DNA of 64,000 nt, from contig CAWJQU010000017.1 of assembly GCA_963845145.1 (NCBI GenBank), positions 160,001 to 224,000 on the forward strand, in the 5' to 3' direction. Positions 1-9,542 of this stretch are shown one piece after another. Source of the DNA: an uncultured delta proteobacterium (GTDB lineage Bacteria; Desulfobacterota; Desulfobacteria; Desulfobacterales; QNYZ01). Below the pieces are notes generated by a model, which saw only the letters and a program-made list of their open reading frames with translations, was not told the origin of the DNA and ran no database searches. The translations under genes were made by a program, and so were the position numbers. Within the stretch, counting starts at the first letter, position 1; the number at the start of each line of letters is the position of its first letter.

Positions 1-2
1 AT

Positions 3-656
3 CCCAAAATATTGACGGATATTCGAAATAGAATTGAAACGGGTAGAAAACTGATTGACCTGGAAAAAAAGAAGATATCAAATATCCGGACAAGAATGGC
101 ATCTATACCTGATGGTCCTGAGCGGAAGCAATTGGCGCTAATCGCTCAAACCATGCAGGAAAATCTTGATAAAGTCGTTCCCCGCCTGGAAGCGGAAGAG
201 AAAAAGCTTTCCGAAATTGAAGGTGGCGCACACCCGTCGGATATCAAAATCATTATGTCCGACGGCAGTGAGCATCGTGCCAATCACCTTTTTATGAGTG
301 ATAATTATGACCTTGCATTGATATCGCTTTATATCGAAGCGGCAGAATACCTTAGAAAACCGGCGACATCCGACATCTTGCATCCGGGCGATAAAGTTTA
401 TGCCATTGGCAGCCCCGTCGGGCTTAGGCATACCGTGACGGCCGGTATTTTTTCGGGATATCGCGATCAAGACACCACAAATCAGCGCTATTTACAGACG
501 GATGCCGCCATCAATCCGGGTAACAGCGGCGGCCCCCTTATTGATGAACATGGGGTTGTCTATGGTGTGAACACGATGATTTTACAAAATACCGAAGGAA
601 TCGGCTTTGCCATTCCCATTGCAGCCGTTTTTGAGGAATTTGACTCGGAGCTCTAA
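3..656 (+). CDS. Trypsin-like (S1C/HtrA-type) serine protease, 5'-truncated by the window edge, no PDZ domain
   Basis: YDLAL (Asp), AIGSPVGL, LQTDAAINPGNSGGPL (Ser) motifs; frame open to the window start; catalytic His not seen, presumably upstream. Confidence 0.85.
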   Translation, partial: PKILTDIRNRIETGRKLIDLEKKKISNIRTRMASIPDGPERKQLALIAQTMQENLDKVVPRLEAEEKKLSEIEGGAHPSDIKIIMSDGSEHRANHLFMSDNYDLALISLYIEAAEYLRKPATSDILHPGDKVYAIGSPVGLRHTVTAGIFSGYRDQDTTNQRYLQTDAAINPGNSGGPLIDEHGVVYGVNTMILQNTEGIGFAIPIAAVFEEFDSEL

Positions 657-674
657 ATTTATTTCCAACACCCC

Positions 675-878
675 TCACCGCATTTGCGCTGGAAGCCACA
701 GCGCAATCTGGGGTATTAAAAAAACCAGCACAACACCCGTCATTAATATTAGAACAAAGGGCATTACACTTCTGATTATTAGTGACAAAGGTTCATCTAC
801 GATAAAGTTAGTCAGCTGTGATGGTACCTGGAGCAGGGTGATGACATTGGACATTATCAAGGCACCAATCATGATCAT
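675..878 (-). pseudogene. Internally deleted remnant of a TRAP transporter large permease (DctM-like)
   Basis: 67 aa joining a DctM mid-region-like segment (MIMIGALIMSNVITLLQVPSQLTNFI) to a DctM C-terminus-like segment (IIRSVMPFVLILMTGVVLVFLIPQIALWLP). Confidence 0.6.
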
Positions 879-910
879 TAGTATTAGATTTTGCCAGGAT
901 GGTAACCGTC

Positions 911-1555
911 TTACTTTCGTGTGTGAATGATAAGCAGCCGGCCGGATCGAATCACTACTATGGGCTTTGGCAGGGTAAAAAGGTTGCTGACACCTTGGGT
1001 GGTGCCCACTACCAAGGTTGCATCATTAAGGGGAAAGCGCAGGCCTTTAATGGTAACACCTTTTGTGGTGGTCAGGGGAATTAATGAAAGTCCATCACCT
1101 ACTTTCCCATCAATGGCCACAGCGCGTCCTTCTTGCAGGAGCAAGAGCGTATCACGGCCATCCAAAAGCCGTACCGTGGTATTCAATAGAAATCGGGCGG
1201 CAAGCAACATGACATTGGCCAGGGTCATGTCCCATCTTTGACCCAGCGCGCCTAAGACAATGATTTCATTGATCCCGCGTTGGTGAGCGAGGCGGAGTGC
1301 CAGTTCCAGATCCGTCTCGTCTTTATTAACCGGATGACGCAATATTTCCACTTTTTCAGTCTCTAATCGGGCCAAAAGTTCGGGACTGATTGAATCAAGA
1401 TCCCCGATAACCGTATGAGGTCGAATCCCCCATTTTTGGCAAAGATGTGCCCCCCCATCGGCAGCGATGACCAGGTCGTTATTGGCGTCAAGGTTTAATT
1501 GGTTTGGCCATGACGCCATTTCTCCGTTGGCAAATATGATGGCTCGCGGTGTCAT
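911..1555 (-). CDS. thiN: Thiamine diphosphokinase
   Basis: IAADGGA, IGDLDS, KDETDLELAL, GALGQRWDMTLAN motifs; last gene of the TPP-riboswitch operon. Confidence 0.92.
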   Translation of the reverse strand: MTPRAIIFANGEMASWPNQLNLDANNDLVIAADGGAHLCQKWGIRPHTVIGDLDSISPELLARLETEKVEILRHPVNKDETDLELALRLAHQRGINEIIVLGALGQRWDMTLANVMLLAARFLLNTTVRLLDGRDTLLLLQEGRAVAIDGKVGDGLSLIPLTTTKGVTIKGLRFPLNDATLVVGTTQGVSNLFTLPKPIVVIRSGRLLIIHTRK

Positions 1556-2620
1556 TTAAAGGACCTCTTGGATGACGGATAGGCTGGTTGGGGATATGGT
1601 TAATGCAATGCGGGCACCGACTTGGGGCGGTGCGGGTTCATTGGGCAATTCAAAGGAAAAGACGGTGCGATCAGCCGTCTCTAAGGTAACGCGATATGTC
1701 TGGCCGGTAAAAAAACGTTCCGTGACCTGACCGGTAAGAGATGGCGGAGGTTTTTTGGAGGGGGTGTCCGGGATTAATCGGGCGGCCTCGGGTCGTAGAA
1801 TGAGGGTAACTCGGTCACCATTCCGAAACTTGGTGCCAGCTGGGAGTGCAAAAACGCCATGGGGTGTGGTGATTTTGCGGTTTGTGCTGACTGTCCCGGC
1901 TATTAAGTTGTGAAAACCTAAAAAACGGGCGGTAAAGCGGGTTTGGGGGCGTCGATAAAGATCTTCAGGAGGTGCTACCTGCTCCAATCGTCCGGCATTC
2001 ATCACCGCAATTTGGTCGGCCACGGCCAGGGCTTCAGATTGGTCATGGGTAACGAAGATAGTGGTCATGCCCATCTTTTTTAAAATATGCCTTATTTCCA
2101 ATAAAAGCCTTTCCCGCAAGGCACGATCAAGGGAACCAAGCGGTTCATCCAGCATCAACAGGCGTGGGTGGGGGGCCAGGCTGCGGGCTAAAGCCACTCT
2201 CTGGCGTTCTCCACCGGACAGATCGGCCACATTGCGGTTGGCCATGGCGGTCATTCCGACCAGCTCCAGCATGGCCGTGGCGCGTTCTCGAACTTTAGCG
2301 GATGGCTGTCTTGTCATTGAAAGCCCAAAAGCCACATTGTCCAATACACTCTTATGGGGGAAGAGCGCATACTCCTGAAACATGAGCCCGAATCGTCGCT
2401 GATGAACCGCTATGGTGGTAAAATCCTGGTCTTTGAAAATGACCTGGCCGGTATCGGGGATTTCCAAACCGGCGATCATACGAAGTAAAGTGGTTTTACC
2501 GCATCCGGAGGGACCCAGCAAACAAAGAATCTCCCCCTCTTCTAAATTGAGGTTGACATCTAGCACCACAGGCTGATTGGCGTACACCTTAGATAGGTTT
2601 TTTAACACGAGTAGGGACAT
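1556..2620 (-). CDS. ABC transporter ATP-binding subunit (thiamine import, ThiQ role)
   Basis: Walker A GPSGCGKT, LSGGE signature, LLMLDEP, TOBE-like C-terminus; operon context. Confidence 0.88.
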   Translation of the reverse strand: MSLLVLKNLSKVYANQPVVLDVNLNLEEGEILCLLGPSGCGKTTLLRMIAGLEIPDTGQVIFKDQDFTTIAVHQRRFGLMFQEYALFPHKSVLDNVAFGLSMTRQPSAKVRERATAMLELVGMTAMANRNVADLSGGERQRVALARSLAPHPRLLMLDEPLGSLDRALRERLLLEIRHILKKMGMTTIFVTHDQSEALAVADQIAVMNAGRLEQVAPPEDLYRRPQTRFTARFLGFHNLIAGTVSTNRKITTPHGVFALPAGTKFRNGDRVTLILRPEAARLIPDTPSKKPPPSLTGQVTERFFTGQTYRVTLETADRTVFSFELPNEPAPPQVGARIALTISPTSLSVIQEVL

Positions 2621-2624
2621 TTGA

Positions 2625-4331
2625 TCAGCCTTCTAAAAGGGGTTTGCTTCTATCAAGAATCCATAAACCGGCAACTGTGGTTATCACGAGAACGCAGCTC
2701 ATAGCCATGGCCTGACCGTAATTTAAAGCCCCAGGTTGGCCCAAAAAGCGGTAAATAGCCAAAGGTATCGTAGGGGTTTGGGGGCGTGCAACAAATACGG
2801 TTGCCCCAAACTCCCCCATACTGATGGCAAAGGCAAACACCGCTGCGACCATGAGGGCCCGACTCAATATAGGCCAATCCACATGCTGCCATACTTTTAA
2901 AGGCGTCGCCCCAAGGACTGCGGCCGCTTCCTTCAGGCTATTGGGGATACTGCGCCAGGCCGGCAGCAGGCTGCGGATGACAAAAGGAAATGCGACCAGA
3001 GCATGGGCAATGGCCGGTAAAATAATGGATGTTCGCAAATTTAAGGGCGGTTCGTCCAACGCAATGATAAACCCGAAGCCTAAAGTTACCGCGGAAGTTG
3101 AAAGAGGAAGCATGAATAAGGGGTCGAGCCAGGTGCTTTTATTTGATTTGGGACGCACCAGGAAAGCGGCCGCCGAAGTGCCGGTGACCAACGCAATCAG
3201 GGTTGCAAAAAAGGCGTATCCCAATGAGTAGGCAATGGCCTTGGCGGGCGTCACATATAAAATGGAATTGATCGGATCTTTCAGTAGAGCCAGGTAGTAG
3301 GTGAAGCCTAGTCCTGTTTCGGTAAGTATGGAGCTGATGAAAAGGCCGATGATCGGTGCGCCCAATAGTGTGATTAAAATGAAAATGCAGATGAACGTCA
3401 TCAATTTCGACAACAGGGTTCGGGGGAGACGGTTCGTATTACGAGCGGTTTCCGGCATCAATGAAACGGCGGTGCGGCTTTCGAGTCGGGTGTACAATGT
3501 CATTAATCCAAATGTAAAGATAATTTGAATCAGGGACAAGGCCGCAGCCATTGGCAGGTTGAACAGGTGGACCGCTTGCCGGTAAATTTCGACCTCCACC
3601 GTGGCCAGGCGGGGTCCGCCAAGAATCAGTATCACCCCAAAGCTGGTAAAACAGAAAATAAACACAAGCAAAGAAGCGGCTAAAATGGCCGGACCCAACA
3701 GTGGCAGGGTGACTTTCAAAAACACCTGCCTTCGGGAAGCACCCAACATTTGGGCGGCTTCACCGATATTGGCCGGCAGACCCGACCAAAATCCACCGAC
3801 AATGCGCATGATAACGGTATAGTTGTAAAAGATGTGCGCCAGAAGAAAGAAAGCCATGGTTTGCTCGATTTGGATGACAGGCGCCTGGCCGATCGACAGG
3901 GCCGCCAATGCCCGATTGATCAGTCCACCATTGCCCAAAAGGGCGTGAAAGGCGGCGGCCGTGACAACCGTGGGTAAAACGAAAGGGACGGTGGTCAATG
4001 CCTGGATGAGCGCTTTTCCCTTGAAATCGTACCGGCCGAAAATATAGGCCGAGGGCAGCGCCAATACCAGGGTCAGCAACGTGGACAGGGCCGCTTGCCA
4101 AGTAGTAAACCACAGAACCCTTAGGTAGTAAGCGTTGCTCACGAGCTGTTTTAGCTGATGCAGGTCGAAATGGTTTTCCGGTGCAAAGCTCAGTCCAAAG
4201 ATGCTGACCCAAAAGATGCTGACCAGGGGGTAGAAGTAGAATATTCCGAGGAATAGAAGCGGTGGACAGATCAGGATATATCTTAGCTTGGTCCTCACCT
4301 CAGCACGATATCCGTCCAGGTGTCGATCCAT
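2625..4331 (-). CDS. thiP: Thiamine ABC transporter permease with two EAA modules
   Basis: FTTWQAALSTLL, two EAA loops (EAAQMLGA, EAAAVLGA); between thiB and the ATPase. Confidence 0.85.
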   Translation of the reverse strand: MDRHLDGYRAEVRTKLRYILICPPLLFLGIFYFYPLVSIFWVSIFGLSFAPENHFDLHQLKQLVSNAYYLRVLWFTTWQAALSTLLTLVLALPSAYIFGRYDFKGKALIQALTTVPFVLPTVVTAAAFHALLGNGGLINRALAALSIGQAPVIQIEQTMAFFLLAHIFYNYTVIMRIVGGFWSGLPANIGEAAQMLGASRRQVFLKVTLPLLGPAILAASLLVFIFCFTSFGVILILGGPRLATVEVEIYRQAVHLFNLPMAAALSLIQIIFTFGLMTLYTRLESRTAVSLMPETARNTNRLPRTLLSKLMTFICIFILITLLGAPIIGLFISSILTETGLGFTYYLALLKDPINSILYVTPAKAIAYSLGYAFFATLIALVTGTSAAAFLVRPKSNKSTWLDPLFMLPLSTSAVTLGFGFIIALDEPPLNLRTSIILPAIAHALVAFPFVIRSLLPAWRSIPNSLKEAAAVLGATPLKVWQHVDWPILSRALMVAAVFAFAISMGEFGATVFVARPQTPTIPLAIYRFLGQPGALNYGQAMAMSCVLVITTVAGLWILDRSKPLLEG

Positions 4332-5338
4332 TTATTTCGTCCGGCTTCAATGGTTTCCGGGGATAGCATCACCGGTTGTTCTGCTTTTCGAGAGTATTTC
4401 GTGAAAACGTCCGGAAGGTGGATGTCTCCCACTGCTGGAAATACCCACATATGCAAGGGGATGTCCTGCTGGAAGGTGGCGCTCAGCATGAAGTCCACCA
4501 GTTTGCGGGCCAGTTGCGGCTGTTTGCTCCCCTTTAGGATGCCCACGAATTCGATCTGGCGAAAAGCGGACCCCGGGGTCAAAACAGCGGCCGTGGGTGA
4601 TTCGGTTAGCGGGCTTTCGCTGTAGTGAACCTCGGCGGCAGGGCTGGAAGCATAACTGACCACAATGGGCCGCGTGCCACCCTTGGCCCGGGTAAACTTT
4701 CCGTAATATGCATCGGACCAACCGTTGCTGACATACACATCGTTGGCTCGCATACCTTTCCAGAACGCGTGGTAACCGGGGTCTCCAAAAATACCCACGG
4801 TGGTCATCAGAAAGGCGAGTCCCGGAGACGAAGTGGCCGGATTTTGTACGATCGTGAGACTTTTGTAGGCTGGTTGAATGAGATCGTTCAGGGTTTTGGG
4901 CGGTGCGATATTATGCTCCGTGAACCAGGCGATATCATAGTTCAGACAGACATCCCCAAAATCCACAGGTAGTAAACGGTTGGTTGGGTCGAGCTTCAAA
5001 CGGTCCGGTATGGCGCCCAGGCCCGAGGCATTATAGGGCTCGAAAATGTCCGCTTTCAGGGCACGGCTCATAAAGCTCGTATCCACGCCGTAAAAGAGGT
5101 CCGCCAGGGGATTATTTTTCGACAAAATGGCTTGATTCAAAGCCGCCCCGGCATCACCGCTTTTCAATATTTTGAGGGTAATGCCGTATTTTTTTTCAAA
5201 TGCCTGGATGGTGGTTTTGCTGACGGCGAAGCTGTCATGGGTCATCAAGGTGAGTGTTACCGATTGGGTTTTACCAAACCCCGCTGATGCCCAACCGATG
5301 ATTAACGATAATGTTAAAAGACATACCAATTTTTGCAT
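4295..5338 (-). CDS. thiB: Thiamine ABC transporter substrate-binding protein
   Basis: THDSF, ATSSPGLAF, VSYASSP, FRQIEF motifs; start placed at ATG 5338 (MQKLVCLL signal peptide, AGGAG RBS); the track's 110-aa extension reads through the riboswitch. Confidence 0.92.
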   Translation of the reverse strand: MQKLVCLLTLSLIIGWASAGFGKTQSVTLTLMTHDSFAVSKTTIQAFEKKYGITLKILKSGDAGAALNQAILSKNNPLADLFYGVDTSFMSRALKADIFEPYNASGLGAIPDRLKLDPTNRLLPVDFGDVCLNYDIAWFTEHNIAPPKTLNDLIQPAYKSLTIVQNPATSSPGLAFLMTTVGIFGDPGYHAFWKGMRANDVYVSNGWSDAYYGKFTRAKGGTRPIVVSYASSPAAEVHYSESPLTESPTAAVLTPGSAFRQIEFVGILKGSKQPQLARKLVDFMLSATFQQDIPLHMWVFPAVGDIHLPDVFTKYSRKAEQPVMLSPETIEAGRNKWIDTWTDIVLR

Positions 5339-5398
5339 ATCAATCTCCTGTGAAGGTGTCGGACCTAATCTGGAAGATAGAAATATGCGGGCGAGGGT

Positions 5399-5422
5399 AA
5401 AAAAAAACCCTCCAGCGGAGGG
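5399..5422 (-). terminator. Intrinsic terminator, probable expression platform of the TPP riboswitch
   Basis: Minus strand CCCTCC-GCT-GGAGGG followed by a T9 run, between aptamer and thiB start. Confidence 0.7.
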
Positions 5423-5436
5423 CGTTTTTAAACGTT

Positions 5437-5538
5437 CCCTTTCCTCCACCGGCATTATCCGGATCAGGTTCGACGGTCGGACCCACTTTATTCTTTCAGG
5501 GCCCCTCTCAGCCCGGTTGCCCCGAGCTCCCGATGGGT
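5437..5538 (-). ncRNA. TPP riboswitch (THI box)
   Basis: Minus strand GGGAGC...GGGCTGAGAGG...GACCGTCGAACCTGATCCGGATAATGCCGGTGGAGGAA matches the THI-box consensus; upstream of thiB. Confidence 0.93.
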
Positions 5539-5748
5539 AAAGTAAAATAAAACTTAAGCATTCATAAAAGCGAACTTCGAAGGTTTTGTCAAGGATTAAC
5601 AGGTGGGTTGGTAACTTCATCAATAGCCTGGATACTGTAATCAGTCTTAAACTGTATCGTATTTGCATGGTAAAATGTTTGATTAAAAACCTAGGGTGAG
5701 ATAAATTGAAAGGAGAAAAAAATCATGAAAGGAACGGTGAAAAAACAA

Positions 5749-6660
5749 ATGGTATATGAAAACACCCATCTTTTTGCCGCCAACAGGACTGCAAGGGAAG
5801 TTGGTGACGCGGATTTAAAGGACATCCTGGACGCCAATGTGGACTATTACCATCTCGGCGCTGTTTTTCCCGATACGCTCTCTTATGCATCCGAAGAGTC
5901 GATAAAAAAAGTCGCCTCATACCTGCATGGAGAGAGCGGGACGCCTCCACGAAGGGTTGTTTTCCAGGTGCTCGAACAGCTAAGGCAAAAAGCCGATGAG
6001 AAAAACCTTGCGTTTATTTGCGGTTTCCTTACCCATTGTGCCATGGATATCGTTTTTCATCCGGTTGTATTTTATTTCTCAGGATACCATCCTCAAAATA
6101 GTCCCGCTGAAAAAGAAGAAACCATGTATCTGCACTGGCATTTTGAAACCGAGATCGATAAAAAATTTAACGATAAATTCTATTTGGATCACCTTGTAAA
6201 ACCTAACATATTGAAAGACCTAACTATCCCGGCGTTTCTAAATCTTCCATCCACAACCATTCGTAGCGCCCTCAACAAACAGATCAGTTACTTCGGTCGA
6301 ACACGCAACCGTTTTTTTTACACCATTTTCAGGCTATTGGCTAAACTTGGGATCGTAAAAAGGAAATTTATCGCCGGCTTTTACGCCAACTTAAAGCGGG
6401 ATGAGCGACGCTTGCCGGAAATAATTCAATATCGTGATATCATTTCCGGGGAGATGAAAGAAACATCACTGGACACATTGATGGAAGAGGGGGTTCAACT
6501 GGGCGTAAAAATGATTGAGGCCGCTCACAATTACTGTTGCGGGAATATCAACCGACAGGCCTGTGAAGAGATCATTGTGGGGTCTAATCTGGATACCGGT
6601 CAAGAAGGTAAAACCACGGCAGACATCAAGTATTCAATTCGTCATCAGGGTAGTGTTTAA
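5749..6660 (+). CDS. Zinc-dependent phospholipase C / S1-P1 nuclease superfamily protein
   Basis: N-terminal TH, LGAVFPD, FLTHCAMDIVFHP and HWHFETEID metal-ligand pattern; start 5749 or 5725. Confidence 0.65.
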   Translation: MVYENTHLFAANRTAREVGDADLKDILDANVDYYHLGAVFPDTLSYASEESIKKVASYLHGESGTPPRRVVFQVLEQLRQKADEKNLAFICGFLTHCAMDIVFHPVVFYFSGYHPQNSPAEKEETMYLHWHFETEIDKKFNDKFYLDHLVKPNILKDLTIPAFLNLPSTTIRSALNKQISYFGRTRNRFFYTIFRLLAKLGIVKRKFIAGFYANLKRDERRLPEIIQYRDIISGEMKETSLDTLMEEGVQLGVKMIEAAHNYCCGNINRQACEEIIVGSNLDTGQEGKTTADIKYSIRHQGSV

Positions 6661-6675
6661 AAGCCTTTGAATCCC

Positions 6676-7473
6676 CTATTTTTTGGCAGCCTCGCGCCTA
6701 CGCGTTATTTCGTAAATAGTGGCACCTACAATGGTGATCAGGATAAAAATTAACGCTAGGGCATTCATGGCGGGGCTAATGAACTGTCGTAATTTCGTCC
6801 CGATATAAATGGGTAGGGTTTGTTTAAATCCAATGGCAAAAAGGGTCGTATTATAATTTTCAAAGGATTGCATAAAGGCCAGGGCAGCAGCGGAAAGTAA
6901 CGCCGGTTTTAAAAAGGGCAGGGTGATCTTCCAGAAGACTTGTCGATGGGTGGCACCTAGATCAAAGGCGGCATCTTCCTGGGTGCGGTCAAAGCGCTGA
7001 GCCCGGGCCATGATCAGCAACATGCAATATCCACTGATAAACGTTGCTTGACCCATAATGGCCGTCCAAAGGCCTCCGGATATATGAAAGGCCTTGTCCC
7101 AAAATAGAAAAGTGGAAATACCAAGAATGATCCCTGGTGTAAGAATGGGTGATACCAGGAGGGCATAAAATCCATCGCGTCCTTTAATTTGTAGCCTGGT
7201 CAGGAACAGGGTTGCGCCAAGGCCGATTGGAACGGAGATGATCACCACGAAGAAAGCTACGATCAGGCTATTAAAAAGTCCATCCCACATTTGTTTGTCG
7301 GCGAATAATTCTCCAAACCATTTGAAGGTGAACCCTTCCCAGGGAGCAACTTGTGGAATGCTGCTGGAATTAAAGGCTACGATTCCCATGAATACCAATG
7401 GCAGGAAAAGATAGACAAAAAACAGGACAATATAGCTGCCGGTGACAAACTGTAAAATGGTTTTTGAGTTCAT
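6676..7473 (-). CDS. potC: Polyamine-type ABC permease (PotC-like)
   Basis: MNSKTILQF start overlapping the upstream stop; EDAAFDLGA loop, SFENYNTT. Confidence 0.8.
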   Translation of the reverse strand: MNSKTILQFVTGSYIVLFFVYLFLPLVFMGIVAFNSSSIPQVAPWEGFTFKWFGELFADKQMWDGLFNSLIVAFFVVIISVPIGLGATLFLTRLQIKGRDGFYALLVSPILTPGIILGISTFLFWDKAFHISGGLWTAIMGQATFISGYCMLLIMARAQRFDRTQEDAAFDLGATHRQVFWKITLPFLKPALLSAAALAFMQSFENYNTTLFAIGFKQTLPIYIGTKLRQFISPAMNALALIFILITIVGATIYEITRRREAAKK

Positions 7474-8363
7474 TTGGCAAGCTCTTTCAGGTTGACGCGG
7501 AAAACCTTGAGCATAATCATGATAAAAACAAGACACAGTGCCGCCAGAATCATGGCGTAGGCCGCACCCTGGTTCCAGTTGGCTGTTTCGAAATTGGTGT
7601 AAATGATCTGGGTAAACCAGAAACTGCTGGGACTGCCCAAAAGCTGTGGAGCGGCGATGGACCCGGCGGCCAGCATAAATGTCATGATGCATCCCACGGC
7701 AATTCCAGGTTTGGCGTATGGAATCACGATCCGCCGGTGAATGCGAAACCAGGAAGAGCCCAAATCCCGGGCAGCGTCAATCTGATTGCGGTCCAGGCTT
7801 TCCATGGCATTGTATAAGGGAAAAACCATAAAGAGGATGTACGCATAGGCCATTCCCATGATTACCGCCCCGTTGCCCATGCGAAAATTGATCGGCTCCC
7901 CGATGATTCCTAAAAACATCAGGAATTGGTTTAAAACGCCTGAATCGGCCAGGATGAGCTGCCAGGCAAATAAGCGCAACAGTTCATTGATCCAGTAGGG
8001 GATAATCAATCCCATCAGAATCCAGCCCAATCGAGCTCCCCGGGCCACCTTGGCCAGGTAAAAGGAGATGGGATAGCAGATGGCCAGGGCGACACCCGTG
8101 ACAATCGCACTGGACCAGATGGTTTTTAAAAAAATTGCCCGGTGCAGGGGGGTGGTAAAAAGCAAAATGTAATTTTTCAATGTATAAACATCTTCAGGGC
8201 CGCCGAGTTTTCGCAACGGAAGTAGGGGTCGAAACGAAAAATCTAACATGATTAGCTGTGGCAGTAAAATCATGAAAATGACCCAACCACCCACGGTCAA
8301 CAGAATAAAAATGACGCCGATACCGCCAAAATTTCGTAAGGCCTCTTGCCAAAGCTTACGCAT
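7470..8363 (-). CDS. potB: Polyamine-type ABC permease (PotB-like)
   Basis: PYWINELLRLFAW, DAARDLGS loop; start MRKLWQ after GAGG. Confidence 0.8.
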   Translation of the reverse strand: MRKLWQEALRNFGGIGVIFILLTVGGWVIFMILLPQLIMLDFSFRPLLPLRKLGGPEDVYTLKNYILLFTTPLHRAIFLKTIWSSAIVTGVALAICYPISFYLAKVARGARLGWILMGLIIPYWINELLRLFAWQLILADSGVLNQFLMFLGIIGEPINFRMGNGAVIMGMAYAYILFMVFPLYNAMESLDRNQIDAARDLGSSWFRIHRRIVIPYAKPGIAVGCIMTFMLAAGSIAAPQLLGSPSSFWFTQIIYTNFETANWNQGAAYAMILAALCLVFIMIMLKVFRVNLKELAK

Positions 8364-9468
8364 CGGCCACCTCTTCATAAGCTAACAAGCGCGTGCTGTC
8401 GGCGCTGAAACAGACTTTGATATGGGTACCTACTTCCAAAAGAGGTGTGGATCCGTCGTTGCTTTGCCGCATGATAAAGGTATGATCGTCGCCGGATTTC
8501 AGTACTACCGTGATAAAGGATCCTTCAAAATTCAAACTTTCCACACGACATTCCACCCTATTTTCCGCCGTGTTCTCTCCTTCCCCAATTGTCAGTGCTT
8601 CCGGCCGGACAAAGACAATGGTTCGTTGACCGGGACTAAGGTCGTGGGGGTTTCTTCCTTTAAGTAAACCGAATGAGGTCTCGGCTATGCCATAGCCGTT
8701 AACCACCTCACGAACATCGCCTGAAAACGCATTGTTTTCTCCGACAAAATCAGCCACAAAAGCCGTATGCGGGGAATTGTAGAGGACATCGGCGGTGGCA
8801 ACTTGGTCAATGAGCCCTTTATCCGTCATCACACCGATTCGGTCGGACATGGTCAGGGCTTCGCCCTGATCGTGGGTAATATAAATAAAAGTAACCCCGG
8901 TACGTTTCTGGATTTTCCTTAATTCCGACCGCATATGTTGCCTTAGATTAAGATCAAGCGCGGACAGGGGCTCATCCAAAAGCAGCACCGCCGGTTGTAC
9001 AGCCAGTCCTCGGGCAATGGCCACGCGTTGCATTTGACCACCGGAGAGATCGCTGACTTTCTTTTTTTCCACACCGGGCAGATCCACCAGCTCGAGAAGT
9101 TCCGTTGCCTTTTTCTCACGTTCGGCACGGGATACACCTCTTACTTCCAGGCCAAAACCAATATTTTCGGCTACCGACATCAAGGGAAATAACGCCAGAT
9201 TCTGAAAAATCATCGCCGTCGGCCGTTTGTTCGGGCCGATCCCAAACATGTTTTCGCCCCCGATTTGCACTTCACCTTTAGTGGGTTCAATGAATCCCGA
9301 AACCAAACGCAATAGTGTCGTTTTACCACAGCCGGATGGCCCTAGAAAACTGAAGAACTCTCCGGCTTGAATATGGACGCTGATATTCGTAACCGCGTTT
9401 TTTCTGGCCCCTGGATAGCGCATGCTGACATCGGCAATATTGACGTCCTGGCCTTTAGTCTGGCCCAT
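8356..9468 (-). CDS. potA: Polyamine-type ABC ATP-binding subunit (PotA-like)
   Basis: GPSGCGKT, FQNLALFP, LSGGQ, THDQGEALTMSDRI. Confidence 0.85.
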   Translation of the reverse strand: MGQTKGQDVNIADVSMRYPGARKNAVTNISVHIQAGEFFSFLGPSGCGKTTLLRLVSGFIEPTKGEVQIGGENMFGIGPNKRPTAMIFQNLALFPLMSVAENIGFGLEVRGVSRAEREKKATELLELVDLPGVEKKKVSDLSGGQMQRVAIARGLAVQPAVLLLDEPLSALDLNLRQHMRSELRKIQKRTGVTFIYITHDQGEALTMSDRIGVMTDKGLIDQVATADVLYNSPHTAFVADFVGENNAFSGDVREVVNGYGIAETSFGLLKGRNPHDLSPGQRTIVFVRPEALTIGEGENTAENRVECRVESLNFEGSFITVVLKSGDDHTFIMRQSNDGSTPLLEVGTHIKVCFSADSTRLLAYEEVADA

Positions 9469-9486
9469 ATCACCTCCCGTTTGATG

Positions 9487-9515
9487 CCCCTATACCGGGT
9501 TCGCCGGTATAGGGG
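9487..9515 (-). terminator. 12-bp perfect intergenic hairpin between potD-like and potA-like genes
   Basis: CCCCTATACCGG-GTTCG-CCGGTATAGGGG; no U-tract on the minus strand, so more likely an mRNA-stabilising or attenuating stem-loop. Confidence 0.55.
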
Positions 9516-9542
9516 GTTGGTCGCGAATTATTTTAGCAGTAA

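Noticed and set aside
5339..5668. 110-aa N-terminal extension of thiB in the ORF track
   Set aside because: It spans the TPP riboswitch and terminator; signal peptide and RBS point to ATG 5338.
7474..7692. N-terminal extension of the potC-like ORF
   Set aside because: Overlaps potB in another frame; the coupled ATG at 7473 fits better.
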